Of a stretch of 64,000 nt of DNA, positions 1 through 13,835 are shown piece by piece (within the stretch, counting starts at the first letter, position 1; the number at the start of each line of letters is the position of its first letter). The notes below the pieces were generated by a model. That model was not told where the DNA came from. It saw only the letters and a list, made by a program, of their open reading frames with translations, and made no database searches. The translations under genes and the position numbers were made by a program. Origin of the DNA: Octopus bimaculoides (lineage: Eukaryota); NCBI RefSeq assembly GCF_001194135.2, contig NC_068981.1, positions 167,017,549-167,081,548 of the forward strand, read 5' to 3'.

Positions 1-1149
1 GACTTTTAAATTTTAATGGCAAATGCTCATCACTAAATGATAATTGTTATTGATTCTAAGGAAAATATGTTCTAAAAATAAAGCCATATCTCTGAGGTAG
101 TTCTGAAAAGCATACAAGCACCCCCATCAATACTTGGATATTCTAAATACTTGATAATAATATGCATTTACTGGAAATGGTGAAAATATCTTTTCACATA
201 CCATAAAGAAGAATAATAAAACACAGAATTAATAAAAAAATAAAAAACTGAACAAAATGCTAACATTGTAGAAAGTAGTCTTACAATAATAATATGAGGA
301 GCAAAATGATGAATACATTTTTGCTCCACAGAAAGTTACACTGAACAGTGAGGTCATTCCAACCTGCTTGAGATAGCAACTAAATCTCTCTTGAATTATA
401 CTTACTATAAGGAGAAGACACATTAGACAATGTAGTACTACAAACTTTTAAAAATGACAGAAATCAGGGTTCACTTAGTGCTAAACAACAATGACAGCTG
501 GCCAATATATAGAAGTATAATTTTGAATGTAATTAGGGAATCAACTCTACCTTACCTCTCTTGGCTTTGTGCCTGATTAAAAGGAGGAAATATATTGAAT
601 GCTTTTTTTTTTGTTGCAAAAAACTTGTTTTGCTAAGGATAAATTGTTTTTTTATCTGCTTAGTCAAATGACCATTAGAAAATAATTTTTGAGTTAATTA
701 GTAAAATATATATTTTTATATTTGAATTTATAAAATAATTTTTTATTGTTTGGTTATTATATTTGTCTTAGAACAACTTTTGTTTTCTATTTTATTTGAT
801 AATGATTTATCTTTATTTGATTTATGTTAATGTAGTAAACAGGAAAGTAATTAGCAAATGGAAAAACAACATGGGGTAGAGAAGACTTTTTGGTCTTGTT
901 GGAAACAAAAGTGTTGGTGCCACAATGAATGCATCCATTTACACTCTGTAAAGTAAATTGATAGAAAAGGCGCTCAACCATAGAAACCATGTCAAAATTG
1001 GAATATACATGCAAGATAGAGATCTGTGATGACCATCTAATTCATAGCCAGTATGGGAAGCAGGTGTAAAATGATGATGACGACGACAAAGTTTTGTCTT
1101 CTGTATATTTCTAATTTTAATATGTATTTCATAAATCTTAGCTCCCACA

Positions 1150-2291
1150 CTGGCATCGATCAATGAGATTATTTATGTCTCATGGATAAAAACTTATTGG
1201 CTTTGATGCTAAGAAATCTTTGAAAGCTGATTCCACCTCTGGTTTGGACCTAAAAGTTTTATCACTTAAAAACGTATTTAAATGCTTAAAAAACTGGTAG
1301 TCAGTGGGTGAAAGATCAGGAGAATATAGAGGATGTGGTAAAGTCTTGTATCCCAAGTCTGTGAGTTTCTGCAGTGTCATTCTTGCAACATGTGACTTTG
1401 CATTATCGTGGGGCAGAATTGGGCCATGCTGATTCACCATTACAGGTTTTATTTTTTAAAAGTGAGCATGCATTTCAGCTAATTGCAATAAAACTCTGCT
1501 GTAATGGACAACACCAATTGCTGTAATGGACAACACCAGACAGTTCCCATAATCTTTTGCTAATGCAACTTTGGCTTTGGGAAATGTTCAGGGGGACTCA
1601 TCAATCAACCTATTGAAATGATTGTTTATGGTTATCATAAAGGATCCACTTTTCATCGCAAGTGACTATTCGGTCAAGAATAGGATCATTGGTGTTTTGC
1701 AGAAAGAGCATCAAGCACACTTCAAAACATGGAACTTTATTTTCATTGAGCTCATGTGATACCCATTTATCAAGCTTTTTCATCTTACCAATCTTCTGCA
1801 GATTGCGTGAGACCGTTGCAATACCGATACCAAGTACCTGAGACATTTCTCCGACACTTTGACGTGGGTTTTGTTCAATAATTGCTTTCAATTGTTCATT
1901 GTCAAGACTGCATGACCGTCCTCTACCATCTTTATCGTCAAGGCTCTCATCACCACTTTGAAATTCCTGAAACCACCTTCGTACTGTGCAATCACTTGTG
2001 GACCCCTCTCCCTATGCTCTGTTGATATTGGCAGCAGTTTGGGAGGCATTGTGCCCAAGCTTGAACTCATGCAAGAAAATAAGCAAAGGTCCTTTTTTGT
2101 CATGTTCATAATTAAGGGTGCCTATGCTTCAGAAATGTTTTCTGTTTGAAATAAGTAGAAAATTATTGAAGAGCATACATCAATTATTAAGTATGTTGAA
2201 ATTCACCTAAAATATAATTAAAATACTATGATAAAATTATGTTTCAAAGCACAACACTTACAGCAGCCATTATTTTCCGAACAACCTAATA
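1150..2291 (-). mobile_element. Degenerate mariner transposon (one TIR visible)
   Basis: Frameshifted ORFs carry WVSHEL, IVTCDEKW, HDNAKSH and YSPDLSPTDY motifs. A TIR-like tattaggttgttcggaa ends at 2291. No partner TIR seen; left boundary approximate. Confidence 0.9.
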
Positions 2292-3485
2292 GTGAAACAG
2301 TTCTATCATTTAAAGTCATTATGTGAACCTAGCACCCAGTACTCTAACTTGTAGACAAAACGTATTAGTGTGGCTACTGTTTTCAAATCTTTTTGTGACA
2401 TGCAATTGTTTTGTCCTGTAAAAAAGCAAGCAACCATTCCTTTGTTTTAGTCAATAATTCTAATATTTGGCAATTGGTTTCATCTCTGCTGAACCAGTTT
2501 AATTCATTTAGGATTTTGCCTGGATTACATATTTTATACTAACTGTATGTTTTAAAATTAATCTTATTTGAATTGAAACACATTGCTGCTGCATATTTGT
2601 GGGTGTTAATATTGTGGTATTGTAGTTTTCAAATAAAACACAGAAAATATTTCTCTCTCACTCTGTGTGTGTGTGTGTGTGTATGTATATATACATAACA
2701 ATCTATGGAATACACTCAGATAACTAGTATTTCAAACAAAAGAACTGTAATAATTATTGATAAAGTTTTGTTGAGTAATTCAGATGATGTTTTGATTCAG
2801 GAAATGTTTTTCACTGTCTATACAAAGATTTGAGAAACAACACAATTTTTTTCAAATTAAAATGAGAGAATTTGATAGTGACCATTGTTGAGTTACACTC
2901 AGTATGTTCAACCTGTGGGCAATAAAAACGGGACTATTTTATTCCAAGATCATCATTTCTTACTATAATAGTGTTTAGTAAATTCATTGAGAAGAATTTC
3001 ATCATGAGGTAATTATATCATGAGCTGATATTGTAAATAAATATCTCATGCCAAGTACATTATCAGGTGTTTTGTCTGCAGAGTGAATGAATCTCTTGAC
3101 CTTAAAGCTTTTATTCATAGGGAAAATAAGTTAACATTTCATTAGCAATAGAAAAAGTAATTCAAAGATTAAGACTGGTCCAATTTATTCAATATAACCT
3201 CATTTAACATCCGCTTGTCCATGCCTGCATGAGTTAGAATTTGTTGAGGCAAATTTTGTATGGTTGGATGCTCTTCTTGTCACCAACCATCATGTTTCCA
3301 AGCAGAGTAATATTTTCCATGGCCAGACATGTTTTCTACGGAAGATTGGAAACAAACATCATTGTTAGTGTGACAGCGATGTTCACTTAGAACTATCCAC
3401 TAATGGCAATACAAGGGTATACATGCACAAACGTACATGACAGGCTTTTTTTCAGTTTCTGCCTACCAAGTCTACTCACAAGACT

Positions 3486-3713
3486 TTAACCCTTTAGCAT
3501 TCAGATTACTTTGCCAAATGCAAAGCTTATTTATTCATGTTGTTTTGAATTGATCATGCACTATCTCATAGTTCTGGGACTTCGATGATGTAATTATTTA
3601 TTTTTAAAATGACCTTGTAGGACAGGTGTGAGAGGCCAGATCTGGCTGATTTGAAGATAAAACAGATAAAATATTTTGGCTGGATATGGCTGGTATGAAT
3701 GCTAAAGGGTTAA
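3486..3713. mobile_element. piggyBac-type MITE
   Basis: TTAA-CCCTTTAGCATTCA ... TGAATGCTAAAGGG-TTAA terminal inverted repeats with TTAA ends. Related copies at 21089-21299 and, partially, 62990-63184. Confidence 0.8.
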
Positions 3714-3789
3714 TCAATCTAGGGCTTGCTACAAGGTGGGACTGAATTGTGAACCATGTGGTTGGGAAGCAAGCTTTTAAGCCCCATAA

Positions 3790-5520
3790 CTATGCCTGCA
3801 TTTACACATTCATCATTCAATGGCGTGGGTCAGATGGTTTGGCAGGAGCTGACAAGGCTGGGAGTCACAGCATGTTCCATTGTCTGCTTTGGCATGGTTT
3901 CTACAGCTGGATGTCCTTCTTAACACCAACCACTTTACAGAGTGTACTGGGTGCTTTTCATGTGGCACAGCACCAGTGTTTCTTAAGTCGCACCATCACC
4001 TGTGCTTTTTAATGTGGCACCATCACCTGTGCTTTTTAATGTGGCACCATCACTACAGCTTTTTATGTAGCATCAGCACCGACTGGACATTGAGGGTGAC
4101 AGCAGGAAGCAAGGTGTTGATGATAGAGGGCAGTACAGGGAAGTTAGGGAAGGCACTCGAAGGAGGTGATTATTGGAGACAGTAGGTGGGGGTAGAAAGG
4201 TAACTGGATAGGGAGGTAGAAGTAACTGAAAAAGCTAGGGGATGTAGTATGTGCCTATTCTGCTTTCAGATAAAGTGATGGGTGTTAGGGGATGAAATGT
4301 GGGAAAGGGAGAAAGTTGGCAGGTGGTTTTAGGATATCAGTTTTGCTATGGTGAACAGGTCTTGACAAGGCACCAGATATCTTGCTCCTTTGTCATCTCC
4401 TTTGTTATCTCCTTTGTTAGCACAGTGTCTTGAGACTGGCTTTCATCACTTCAACTGATGTCTTTCTGGGTCTCTCTCTTCCACAAGTTCTGTCCACTTT
4501 GAGATTGACGCTATATGCAGTTGTCCACATCCATGCACATCACATGACTAAACCGATGCAGTCTTGTCTGGCACACTGCATCTAATTCTACTTATGCCTA
4601 ACTTCCCTCTCAATGTTCTGGCACTCTCTTGCACATGTATACTGACATTGCACATCTAACAGAGCATACCAGCTTCATGCCTCTCTAACCTTTGCATGTC
4701 CTCTGCATTCAGAACCCACATCTCGTTACTATGTAGCATTGCTGTTCATACATACACATCATGCACTCTTCCTTTCACTCTTGGGGAAAGAGGGACCTTT
4801 GGTTGCCAACTGAGGTAAAATCTCTCTTGAAATTTTTCCTTCCTATTCTAGCAATTACACTTTCAATACATCTTCCACTGCTAATTAGGTCACCTAGGTA
4901 GCAGAAATTACCTACTACTTCTAGAGAACCTCTGGAGCATTTGAGGAAATCAGTTTCCCATGTATCTGGAGACTTTATGGTTCCACATACAAATGCTACT
5001 TTCTCTGTTAACCTTCCTACTATTCCACTGCACCTCTTGTGTGTCCATAGTTTGCACTGGGTACACTGAATAGAATTCCTGCCTACACTTTTCTGACATA
5101 TCAAGCAGGGCCATTTACCTGAAGAGGGTAAAGTCTTGTCTAATTTCTTGCTTACTAAGACCCTAGTCTTTGCTAAGTTAACTTTAAGGCTATTTGATTC
5201 CAGGTTTTGTTTCCACACCTGGAATTTTTTTTCTAATTCTATTACAGAATCTGGTATGAGAACAAGATCATCAGCATATAATAGTTCTCCTGGGCTTCCA
5301 GTTTTAAATTCCTCTGTTATGGTCTGGAGGTTGATGAATATACTCATGGCAAACTCTTACCTTGCTAACAGCACCCCTGTGCGTGGCCTGTTCTGCTTTC
5401 ACAAGCCATTCATTTTCCTCTAACGTCTTCAGAGACCACCATGTCAAAGGCTTTCACCAGATCAACAAATGCCATGTACAATGGCTTATTAACTTTTATC
5501 ACTGCACTTTCCACAACACT
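3790..5520 (-). mobile_element. 5'-truncated RTE-type LINE (RT C-terminus with PHD-like finger, plus 3' UTR)
   Basis: ORF 4775-5347 has LLYADDLVL, then CLICQKSVGRNSIQCTQCKLWTHKRC and NFCYLGD. FVDLVKAF lies upstream near 5450. Boundaries approximate. Confidence 0.9.
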
Positions 5521-5993
5521 ATTTTTGTGTTGTAGAAAAATCTGCACTGGTGATGTACTGTTTCTTTTTCAAGATTTCTAAGAATTTCTAAATCATAGGA
5601 TGAAATTTTTTTTTGTCTTTGAATTTTTCTCCTTGTTAATGAAATACCATGTATTCACTTTGTGAATAAAACGCACAATAAATTTACTTATGATGTATTG
5701 TCTTGTCTGACAGTGAAATTACCAGGTGATGGATGTATCTACAGCAAACTTTATATTAGAGTGTGATATTGAAACTAATAGAAGTTAGCCATACTGGAGA
5801 TTTTCTGTCATTTAGTTTGTTGCTTCTCTAATTTTTAGTTCACATGCTGTCTTGTCATCAGCCATACTCAATTGAAACAATAAAATGAGCTAAAGGAAAT
5901 AATTTAAATAACTGATTGACCTGATGGATAAGTTAAGGGTTGATCTAATGAATGCCAAGCTGAAGAGATTTTTAATTAAAATTTTGTTTTTAG

Positions 5994-6009
5994 TTGGTGA
6001 AAGAAAAAG
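5994..6009 (+). CDS. Candidate 16-nt microexon of UBE2V (LVKEK + G)
   Basis: attttgtttttag|TTGGTGAAAGAAAAAG|gtaaac. Ends in phase 1 and would give LVKEK-VPRNF. Needs an unseen upstream phase-0 exon; supported by motif only. Confidence 0.3.
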
Positions 6010-7009
6010 GTAAACAAGACAAAAAAAATCTAACACCAATTATTAGGGACTTTTAAAAGGGAAGGTAGTTTCAAGAAATTGAGAATTTATCTCTCATTTA
6101 ATGCTAGGTTTGAATACTAATGGAAAAGTCTGATTTTTGTATGCAGTGAGGATAGTAGCTGACAGCTATTTATACTATACATAAATTGACCTGCTCTAAT
6201 TTGCATAACAGTACAATCATTAGCAATGAGTATTAATTAATGGGAGCACAATATGGTGCTGGGGTAAATAGAGATGTATGATAGACTTACACTGTATTAT
6301 AATTGTGCTCCTATAATTGATACACTGCCAATGATTGCACTGTTATGTGAAAGAACTAAACTAGTCTGCCCAAATTTGTAAATTATGGCAGACTAATTTA
6401 AGTTTATTCCAGTTTGTGTGTATCATAAATAGCTAGAAGCTACTATTCTCCCTGTAGTTAGGAAAATGATTAACAGACCTGATGATATAGTAAAACACAC
6501 TGAAGCCTGTCACAAAGAAAAATGGTTTATTATCACAAGTTTATCTTAAATCCCTATTAAAGTAACATTACCTTTACAGAAAGTAGTCTTGTCCATGAAG
6601 TAATCAATATGTTGAATTAATTTTCTTAGTTTTGTGAATTAAGTTGAATTTGCCTTGATATGCTTATCTGCATAGACAAGGGCTCATTCTCTTGGGTCAT
6701 TCGCAAAGTATATGCTTCACTTAAAACTTTCTTGTTTTATGAGCAATTTTCATAGTTCATAGATTGTAACTTGTTTCTTAAGTGAAATTGTGTAGTTTTC
6801 TATGGTAATATGAAATAATATATATTGATGTGATATGCTCTAACAAAAATATTTTATAATATAGTATAGGAAGGTCAACACCTGAGACAAGTCCTCTACC
6901 ATAGCCTTGAGTAAACCAAAGTTTTGCAAGTGAATTTATCTAGACAGAAACTATGTAGAAGCCTGTCTGATGAATAATATTTGTTCTTAATCCCTCAGTC
7001 ATTTTAATA

Positions 7010-7790
7010 CGATCACCTGACCCTTGAATGTTCACTAATAGTAAGATCCATGTGCACTAACAGTAAGAAGCCAGCTAATTTTTTTCTTGTATTCATTGCA
7101 TATCCTTCATATTCAATACCCTTGTTTTCCTACTATGCTGTATCTTATATTGTACATGAGCATCATGTAATCTGCTCTTTAATTGAAGAAGAAAGTCATT
7201 CGTTGCTAACAGAAGTAATATTTCTCTGTCCTTACTCTGTGCAGCATCCACCTCCACTGTTGAGATAAAAAGCTGTCAACTATTTCTAGTGAGCCTTCTG
7301 GGCAGTTGAAAGAATTCATGGGTGCTGGTACTACTAATTACTTCTATGCATCTGCTCTATATGAAGTCTGTTTCTGCCAGCCTGCCTGTGATCCTACTGC
7401 ATCTTTTATTCATTATAATTTACATTTGCTACACAATATAGAATTCCTACTTGTTCCTTTTCTGTGCATCGAGCATATCCAATCTCTGTATTCTTTCTTG
7501 CTTACTAAAACTTTTGTCTTTGCTAGGTTTACTTTTAGGTTTTTTTAATTTTAGTTCTATGGTTGAAACTTTTTGTCTAAGTCTTCAACTGATTCAACAA
7601 GATGAACAAAATTGTCAGCACACAGGAAATCCCATGGACAATTGATCTTGAACGTCTCTGTCATGGCCTGGAGTAAGCTCAGAACTGTACTCTGATGGAC
7701 ATTTATCTGCACACTAAATGCCTCATTGAACTTGTAACTCTCACCTTGCTAACAACACTCTAATATGTGGCTTACTCCCAGAAGTCATTC
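7010..7790 (-). mobile_element. Highly decayed RTE LINE fragment
   Basis: Nucleotide similarity to 5040-5430 (cttgcttactaa...gtctttgcta; agaattcctac). Confidence 0.7.
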
Positions 7791-7812
7791 ATCTGTATTC
7801 AATTTTTTATAT

Positions 7813-7815
<3 letters not shown>

Positions 7816-7865
<50 letters not shown>

Positions 7866-7873
7866 CTCTCTCT
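7816..7873. repeat. (CT)n microsatellite
   Basis: Direct reading of the sequence. Confidence 0.95.
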
Positions 7874-8780
7874 GAAAGGCTTCATTGGGTTAAAGAGTGC
7901 TAGGTATAGTAGCTTGCTTTAGGCTATGAAATTCTCTTATAACTACCTCTGTATGAAAAGGGCATCAATGGTTTTCCATCCTGGCATAAACCCAAACTGT
8001 ATCTCACCTAAGCAAGTTATCCTAATTATTTGTGCTAATTAGTTACTCCTTTCTGGAGCATACCTTTGTAACAATTGATGCTACTGCTGTGTTGCCAGAC
8101 AATTTGAATAGTTGTTTCTTTGTTGGGTTAACTTAACATAGTATTATTTACACTGACCTACTGCTTCATAGTCTTGGACACTTCTCATTTTTGATTCTTA
8201 CAATGCAGAAAGGTATACTTGTCATCTCGTAACCTGGTATTCTTTGATAAACACTATTACATCTCACAACTTCTCCAACCTCAAAGACCATAGAATAAAC
8301 CAATTTCTTATGTAGTAGTAAGGGCTGGAGCTCTTTCTGTAATAGTATTTATGGTTATGATGAAGTTACAAAGAATAAAGGAGTGTCAAGTTTCTTAGAA
8401 TTCGGTGACAGATTCAGAGTATGGCTCCATTTTCTTTCTAATCTAATAAATGTTGCCTAGTATTGTATTCATTTGCATTTACACACAACATAGGGATTTT
8501 TCAGCTCTATACCTTCCTTTTTTTGCTATTGTATTTTTGAGATTCTTTAGCACTTGAAGTCACTAATCATAAGTCAGTGTTGAAGGGTACATTCTTTGTC
8601 ATTGAAATATTTAGTGCTCATAATCTGTAGTTTATCTGACTTGCATATTCACCAGTGTGGTTGGTGATCAAGTAGTTGTCCATTTTTTTAAAAATAAAAA
8701 TTGCTACAGATGGTTAGGCCATTCTGTGTTGCACAACTCAAGGAAACTTGATTTCCCTCTATTCTTTGCCTCTTGTCTAT

Positions 8781-9083
8781 ACTCTTTTGCTCTTTTCAGT
8801 CATTTGACTGCAGCCATGCTGGAGCACCGCCTTTTAGTCAAGCAAATCGACCCCAGGACTTATTCTTTGTAAACTTTGTACTTATTCTAACGGTCTCTCT
8901 TTTGCCGAACCGCTAAGTTACAGGGATATAAACACACCAGCATCAGTTGTCAAACGATGGTGGGGGGACAAACACAGACACACAAACACACATACATANN
9001 NNNNNNNNNNNNNNNNNNNNNNNNNNNNNNNNNNNNNNNNNNNNNNNNNNNNNNNNNNNNNNNNNNNNNNNNNNNNNNNNNNN

Positions 9084-9116
<33 letters not shown>

Positions 9117-9280
9117 ACGGGCTTCTTTTCAGTTTCCATCTACCAAATCCACTCACAAGGCTTTGGTCGGCCCGAGGCTATAGTAGAAGACACTTGCCCA
9201 AGGTACCATGCAGTGGGACTGAACCCGGAACCATGTAGTTGGTAAGCAAGCTACTACCACACAGCCACTCCTGCGCCTAT
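8781..9280 (-). mobile_element. tRNA-derived CORE-type SINE (octopus OR-like) with internal (TA)n and N gap
   Basis: Head aggcgcaggagtggctgtgtgg (A box), ggttcagtccc (B box), CORE-like accttgggcaagt, and an (AAAAGAG)-type tail. Same family as 59568-59979 and 61901-62320. Confidence 0.9.
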
Positions 9281-11884
9281 AGCTACAAACAAAAATATTA
9301 AAGAAACTGCTCTTATCCTTTCTGTTGAGTAAAAAAGAAACAGGTTGATTTCTATTGTCTTTGAAGTTGTGAAAGCTGGGAAATGTGATACAGCAACATG
9401 TGATGAACAGTTAGGAATGCTGCTGAAGTTAAGCAGAAATGGATGTGTGTGTGATGAGTGTATTCTGAGTTGGCAGGAAAAACAATTTAGAAGTTCATAA
9501 AATTTATGTGTAGAATGTGAAAAAGATTTAAATGGTACTTTTACCTCTTTCAAAGACAATGAGAGTGCTCCAGTTGGTGTTCAATAATGAGGTATTAATA
9601 TTTTAACTTTTTTTTTCATACTTCAGAGTATTTATATCATGGACTATAAAATTGCCTATGTCATATAAAGCAATATTATTTATATAAATTAGTTGAAAAA
9701 TCCTGAATATATTGAATGAAAAGCATATCTAAATGGCATGATTGTAGCTACATTGTTATTGAAATACTCTGGACATCTTAATTTGAAGTTTTGAGGTTAA
9801 TGTGCTACATTATCAAGTAAAATGTTCATGAATTTAAGCATAATTACAGCATTTTCTTGTGCTTAAGTCTTCAGAGTTGGTCGTTTCATGGAAAGAAAAT
9901 TTTTCTCTGTAGGATAAAAAAAAAAAATAATTAGTCCTGAACTATTGCTAAGGATTAATGATTCTGAATTATAGTACTCAATTGTTTACTGCTTATACAT
10001 ATATGAGGTGTACATATATACATATTACACCCAAGGAGAAACTACTTGATAAGCAAGTTCCCATTTGTCTCTTGAAATGACCCACATTTGAATAGTGTTC
10101 CTATCTCACTCTTCAAATTGTCAGCATAGGAGCTCCTAACTTATTAACCCTAGGTTGCTGCTTAATCTATGTGCCTCCTCTTTTATCACCCTTAGTGTAT
10201 TTTACTTTCACTATTTTAACCTATCTTTCCATGAACCTTCTTTGCAACTAATGCCTAAATTATTATCTTCAATTTGTAGCAATTCAGATTGAAATATTGT
10301 ACTATTTCTTAATTTTCCATTAAGGAATATTTTCAAAGGTTAAAAGCTCTTTCTTTCCTCTGACAAAATTGAATTAATTATTATTTCAATTGTGCATTGG
10401 TAATGCCACTGATGAAAACGTATGTTAAATGGCATACAAGATAAATTCTTGATTCATTGAAATTATCTTCCTTACTAAGGAATATATGTGTATATCTCTT
10501 TGTGTATTTATATTCATTGATTTGCAGAATGTAAACATTCAGAAATACTGAGCTACAAATGGTGAAGTTTGTTAACAAATCTCTTTGCTTTTATTGAAAG
10601 TGAGTAGAATAAAAAATCCCTTACTCAGAAAACAGTTAAGGGTTAGTGACAGGAAGGACATCCTGCTCTAAAACAGAACCTCAATATCATATTCACCTAA
10701 CCCATGCTGGTATAGAAAAATGAATGTAAGAACGAACAAATATACTAATAGGTTAAAAAAAACCCACCCCATAAAATATGTAGAAGTAGCTCTACATGTA
10801 ATTATGGAATAGTATGTACTATACCTCTCTTTAACTGCTTTTGGACAAACTAAATTCTCACTGGTAAGAATAAAATTTCTAAAATGGATAGAGAAATTCG
10901 AAGGGTTGCCTTGGCCGAATGTGGAGCACCTGTTATGTTTACAGGAGATGTGGGGTTGAGTCCCATGGGTGTCCTTTGACATTTTCTATCTAGTGGGTTT
11001 TTTAAGCCAATGTTTACATGCTGTCGTTTATAACTTTATCATTTACTTCAAGATCCAATGTTCCAAAAAGAATTATTTCACATTCTCTCAAAGGTTATAA
11101 GTTTTACGCTGACATGCTAGAATATAATTTGAGAAATTTTTGTTAAAGCAGTTTTGTTGCTTTTGCAATATGAGCAAGAGTATTGTTTTCATCATTATCA
11201 TTGTCATCATTTTACATTCAGTTTCCATGTTCGCATGGGCTGGACCGGTTATCCATGGTCCAACTCATTTCTTAAAGAGAGCTGCTGCTCTCATAGTCTT
11301 GTGCTTGTGTTTATTTGGCTTGGTCTGTATGACTAGATCTCTTCCTATCACCAAGCACTTCACAGAGTGTACTGGGTGCATTTTCTTGTGACACCTACAC
11401 TAGAGATGTTAAGTCCTCATTGTGACAGAACTAAAGGACTTCACAATCCCTAACTTTCTCTTATTTATGGACTGGGTACATTTTTCATGGTGTCAGCATT
11501 ACAGAGGTTGTCTTATTCAAAAGGAAGCACAATAGTGGTGGGTGGCTTAATGTGATTGCACCAGCATAAGAGGAGTATGCTTTGTACTCAATAAATGTCA
11601 AGAGTAGCCAATAACCTAAGACTTGCAAACAGGAAGGAATAGAAAAGAGAGCAATAACAGCAGAAAGGACAGAAATGAGTGGGTGAAAGGAGCAAGAATA
11701 CAGATGGAAAAAGCAGGGTTATTGGGAGTGAAGTCTGCTTGGGAGTGGTTGGCAAAAGCAGAGATGGACAAAGACATGAGTAGTTGATGGGATAAAGTAA
11801 GAGTTAGTGATGTGTGGCTAACTATCCAAATTAGAGCTACTTTTGCACAAATATTTAAAGAAACTTGTACACTTCCATTTAAAC

Positions 11885-12251
11885 CAGAAGTTCTCAAACT
11901 AGGGTGCACAAATCCCTAGAGGTACACAAAAGAAATTACATAGGTATATGAGATTTGTTAAAACCCTGAAATTTTCAAGTAATCACCTACAACTATTTTT
12001 CACTGTTGCAACCTCAGGTTTAGTAAATAGTATCATGAAGAATACATTGACAAATATGTTGTTTGAAGGTCTTGACTTCCAGATATAATTAATAGCAAAT
12101 AATACATTGTTTTATAGTATCTGTAAAATCATAGTACTATTGTTGGTTTTATAGCATCCAGCTTTTTAACCTAATATTCTTCACAAGGGGTACTCCATTA
12201 CTGCCAGATGTGATGAATGGGTTCACTGGGAGAAAAGTTTAAGAAACTCTG
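11885..12251. mobile_element. hAT-type MITE
   Basis: Termini cagaagttctcaaact / agtttaagaaactctg, flanked by 8-bp ATTTAAAC / ATTTAAAT (7/8 match TSD). Confidence 0.75.
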
Positions 12252-13064
12252 ATTTAAATGAAACCTCTTGACATTTTAAATTATTTTTCTAAACTTTTTA
12301 TTGTAAAAAAATAATTTAAAATAACACTATAATCCATTATATAACTGTACAATTTTTCTCTCATCTATCTTGCCTGAAATATTAGCCTAAGAGATAAAAG
12401 ATGATAATCTGGAAATTTTCAGAGTTTGGTTTTTTCTTAATAAAATTGTACACAACTTTGTAAAACATATTTTACTCCTAAAGTTGCTGTTAGTAACTGA
12501 TATTGCAATGTTTGAATTAAATAACCTATATAAATACTACACTTTAATATGCCAAATTTATAAAAGGCATGTTTGGCTCTTTTTTTTTTATCCTAAGTAT
12601 CCAAGAATGTCTGTTTCCCATGCTGGCATGGTCAGGACAGTTTAACAGCATCTGATGAATCTGGGAGTGGTGTGGAATTCCTGTGTCTGCTCTGTCATAC
12701 TTTTCTATGGCTGAATGCTGTTCCTAATGCCAACCACTTTACAGTATACTGAATACTTTTTTCATGGCACCAGCTTTAGTGAAGTTACTAAGTAACTATT
12801 CTTCAAGTCATTTTAACCACTTTAGTCTTACTACAGTGCAGAACTAAAGGATGATTATGTTGGCAGGGAATGTCAATGAACATCAGTTTTCAGCTCATCG
12901 TTTTTCATGTAAAGCAAGATATATAAACATTTATACACATGACTGGCTTCCTTACAGTTTCTGTTTATCAGTTTCACTTGTAAAGCATCAGCTGGTCTGG
13001 GGCTGTGTGTATACATGTATTCATAGATATGTGAAACCATATGCACATGTAATAAATCAAGTTT

Positions 13065-13222
13065 TAGTTTCTTGTTTTAAAATTTCTCTGTATTTTGGAA
13101 GCCATTTTTCTTAGATAGGAATGCTTTTCATTTTTGAACTTTGGTAGTTTCTCATTTTAAAATTTCTCTGTATTTTCGAAGCCTTTTTTCTTAAATAGAA
13201 TGCTTTTGATTTTTGAACTTGG
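13065..13222. repeat. 80-bp tandem duplication upstream of UBE2V exon
   Basis: tagtttc...aaaatttctctgtatttt.gaagcc...aatgctttt.atttttgaactt occurs at 13065 and 13145. Confidence 0.85.
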
Positions 13223-13402
13223 ATATATTTTCATTTAAATCTTTTGAATTGCTTCACTAAAATGTACCATTACAGTCAGTACTTTTTTTTTGCTTGGTAT
13301 ACAAATTATTTAAAAAATATCTTTTAATGTTGCATATATATTCCATCTCTTTGTTTTGAATTTAATGAGTACAATTTGATAATTGTTCTTATTGTTATTT
13401 AG

Positions 13403-13539
13403 TTCCTAGAAATTTCCGGCTACTTGAGGAATATGAAGAAGGCCAATCAGGTGTAGGTGAGGGAATAAGCTGGGGATTGGAATCAGATGATGATCTTTTA
13501 TTTGTCCATTGGAACGGGACCATTGTAGGTCCAGCTAAG
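13403..13539 (+). CDS. UBE2V: Ubiquitin-conjugating enzyme E2 variant (UEV1/MMS2 family), internal coding exon
   Basis: tttag acceptor at 13401-2 and gtgagc donor at 13540. 137 nt, phase 1 to phase 0. Translates (V)[45 protein letters not shown], matching the UEV N-terminal signature [10 protein letters not shown]...SWGL...W.G.I.GP. Confidence 0.97.
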
Positions 13540-13684
13540 GTGAGCTAATATGTTCATTTCTGTATTAATAATTGATTACTTGTTTTTAGAGTAATTTAAA
13601 ATCTTTTTTCTAATATGTAATATTTTTATTTGGAAAAATTAATCAATGTGATTTCACATACACACACATTATTATTATTATTAT

Positions 13685-13835
13685 AAAGGCAGCAAGCTGG
13701 CAGAATCGTTAGTGTGCCAGGCAAAATGCTTAGCGGCATTTCATGTCTTTTTGTTCTGAGTTCAAATTCCACTGGGGTCGATGTAATCAACTATCCCCCT
13801 CCCCCAAATTTCCGGCCTTGTACATATAGTAGAGA
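13685..13835 (+). mobile_element. Second tRNA-derived SINE family (internally deleted copy)
   Basis: aaggcagcaagctggcagaatcgttag...gagttcaaattcc (B box-like)...ggggtcgatgtaatc. A longer relative lies at about 49690-49900. Confidence 0.7.
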
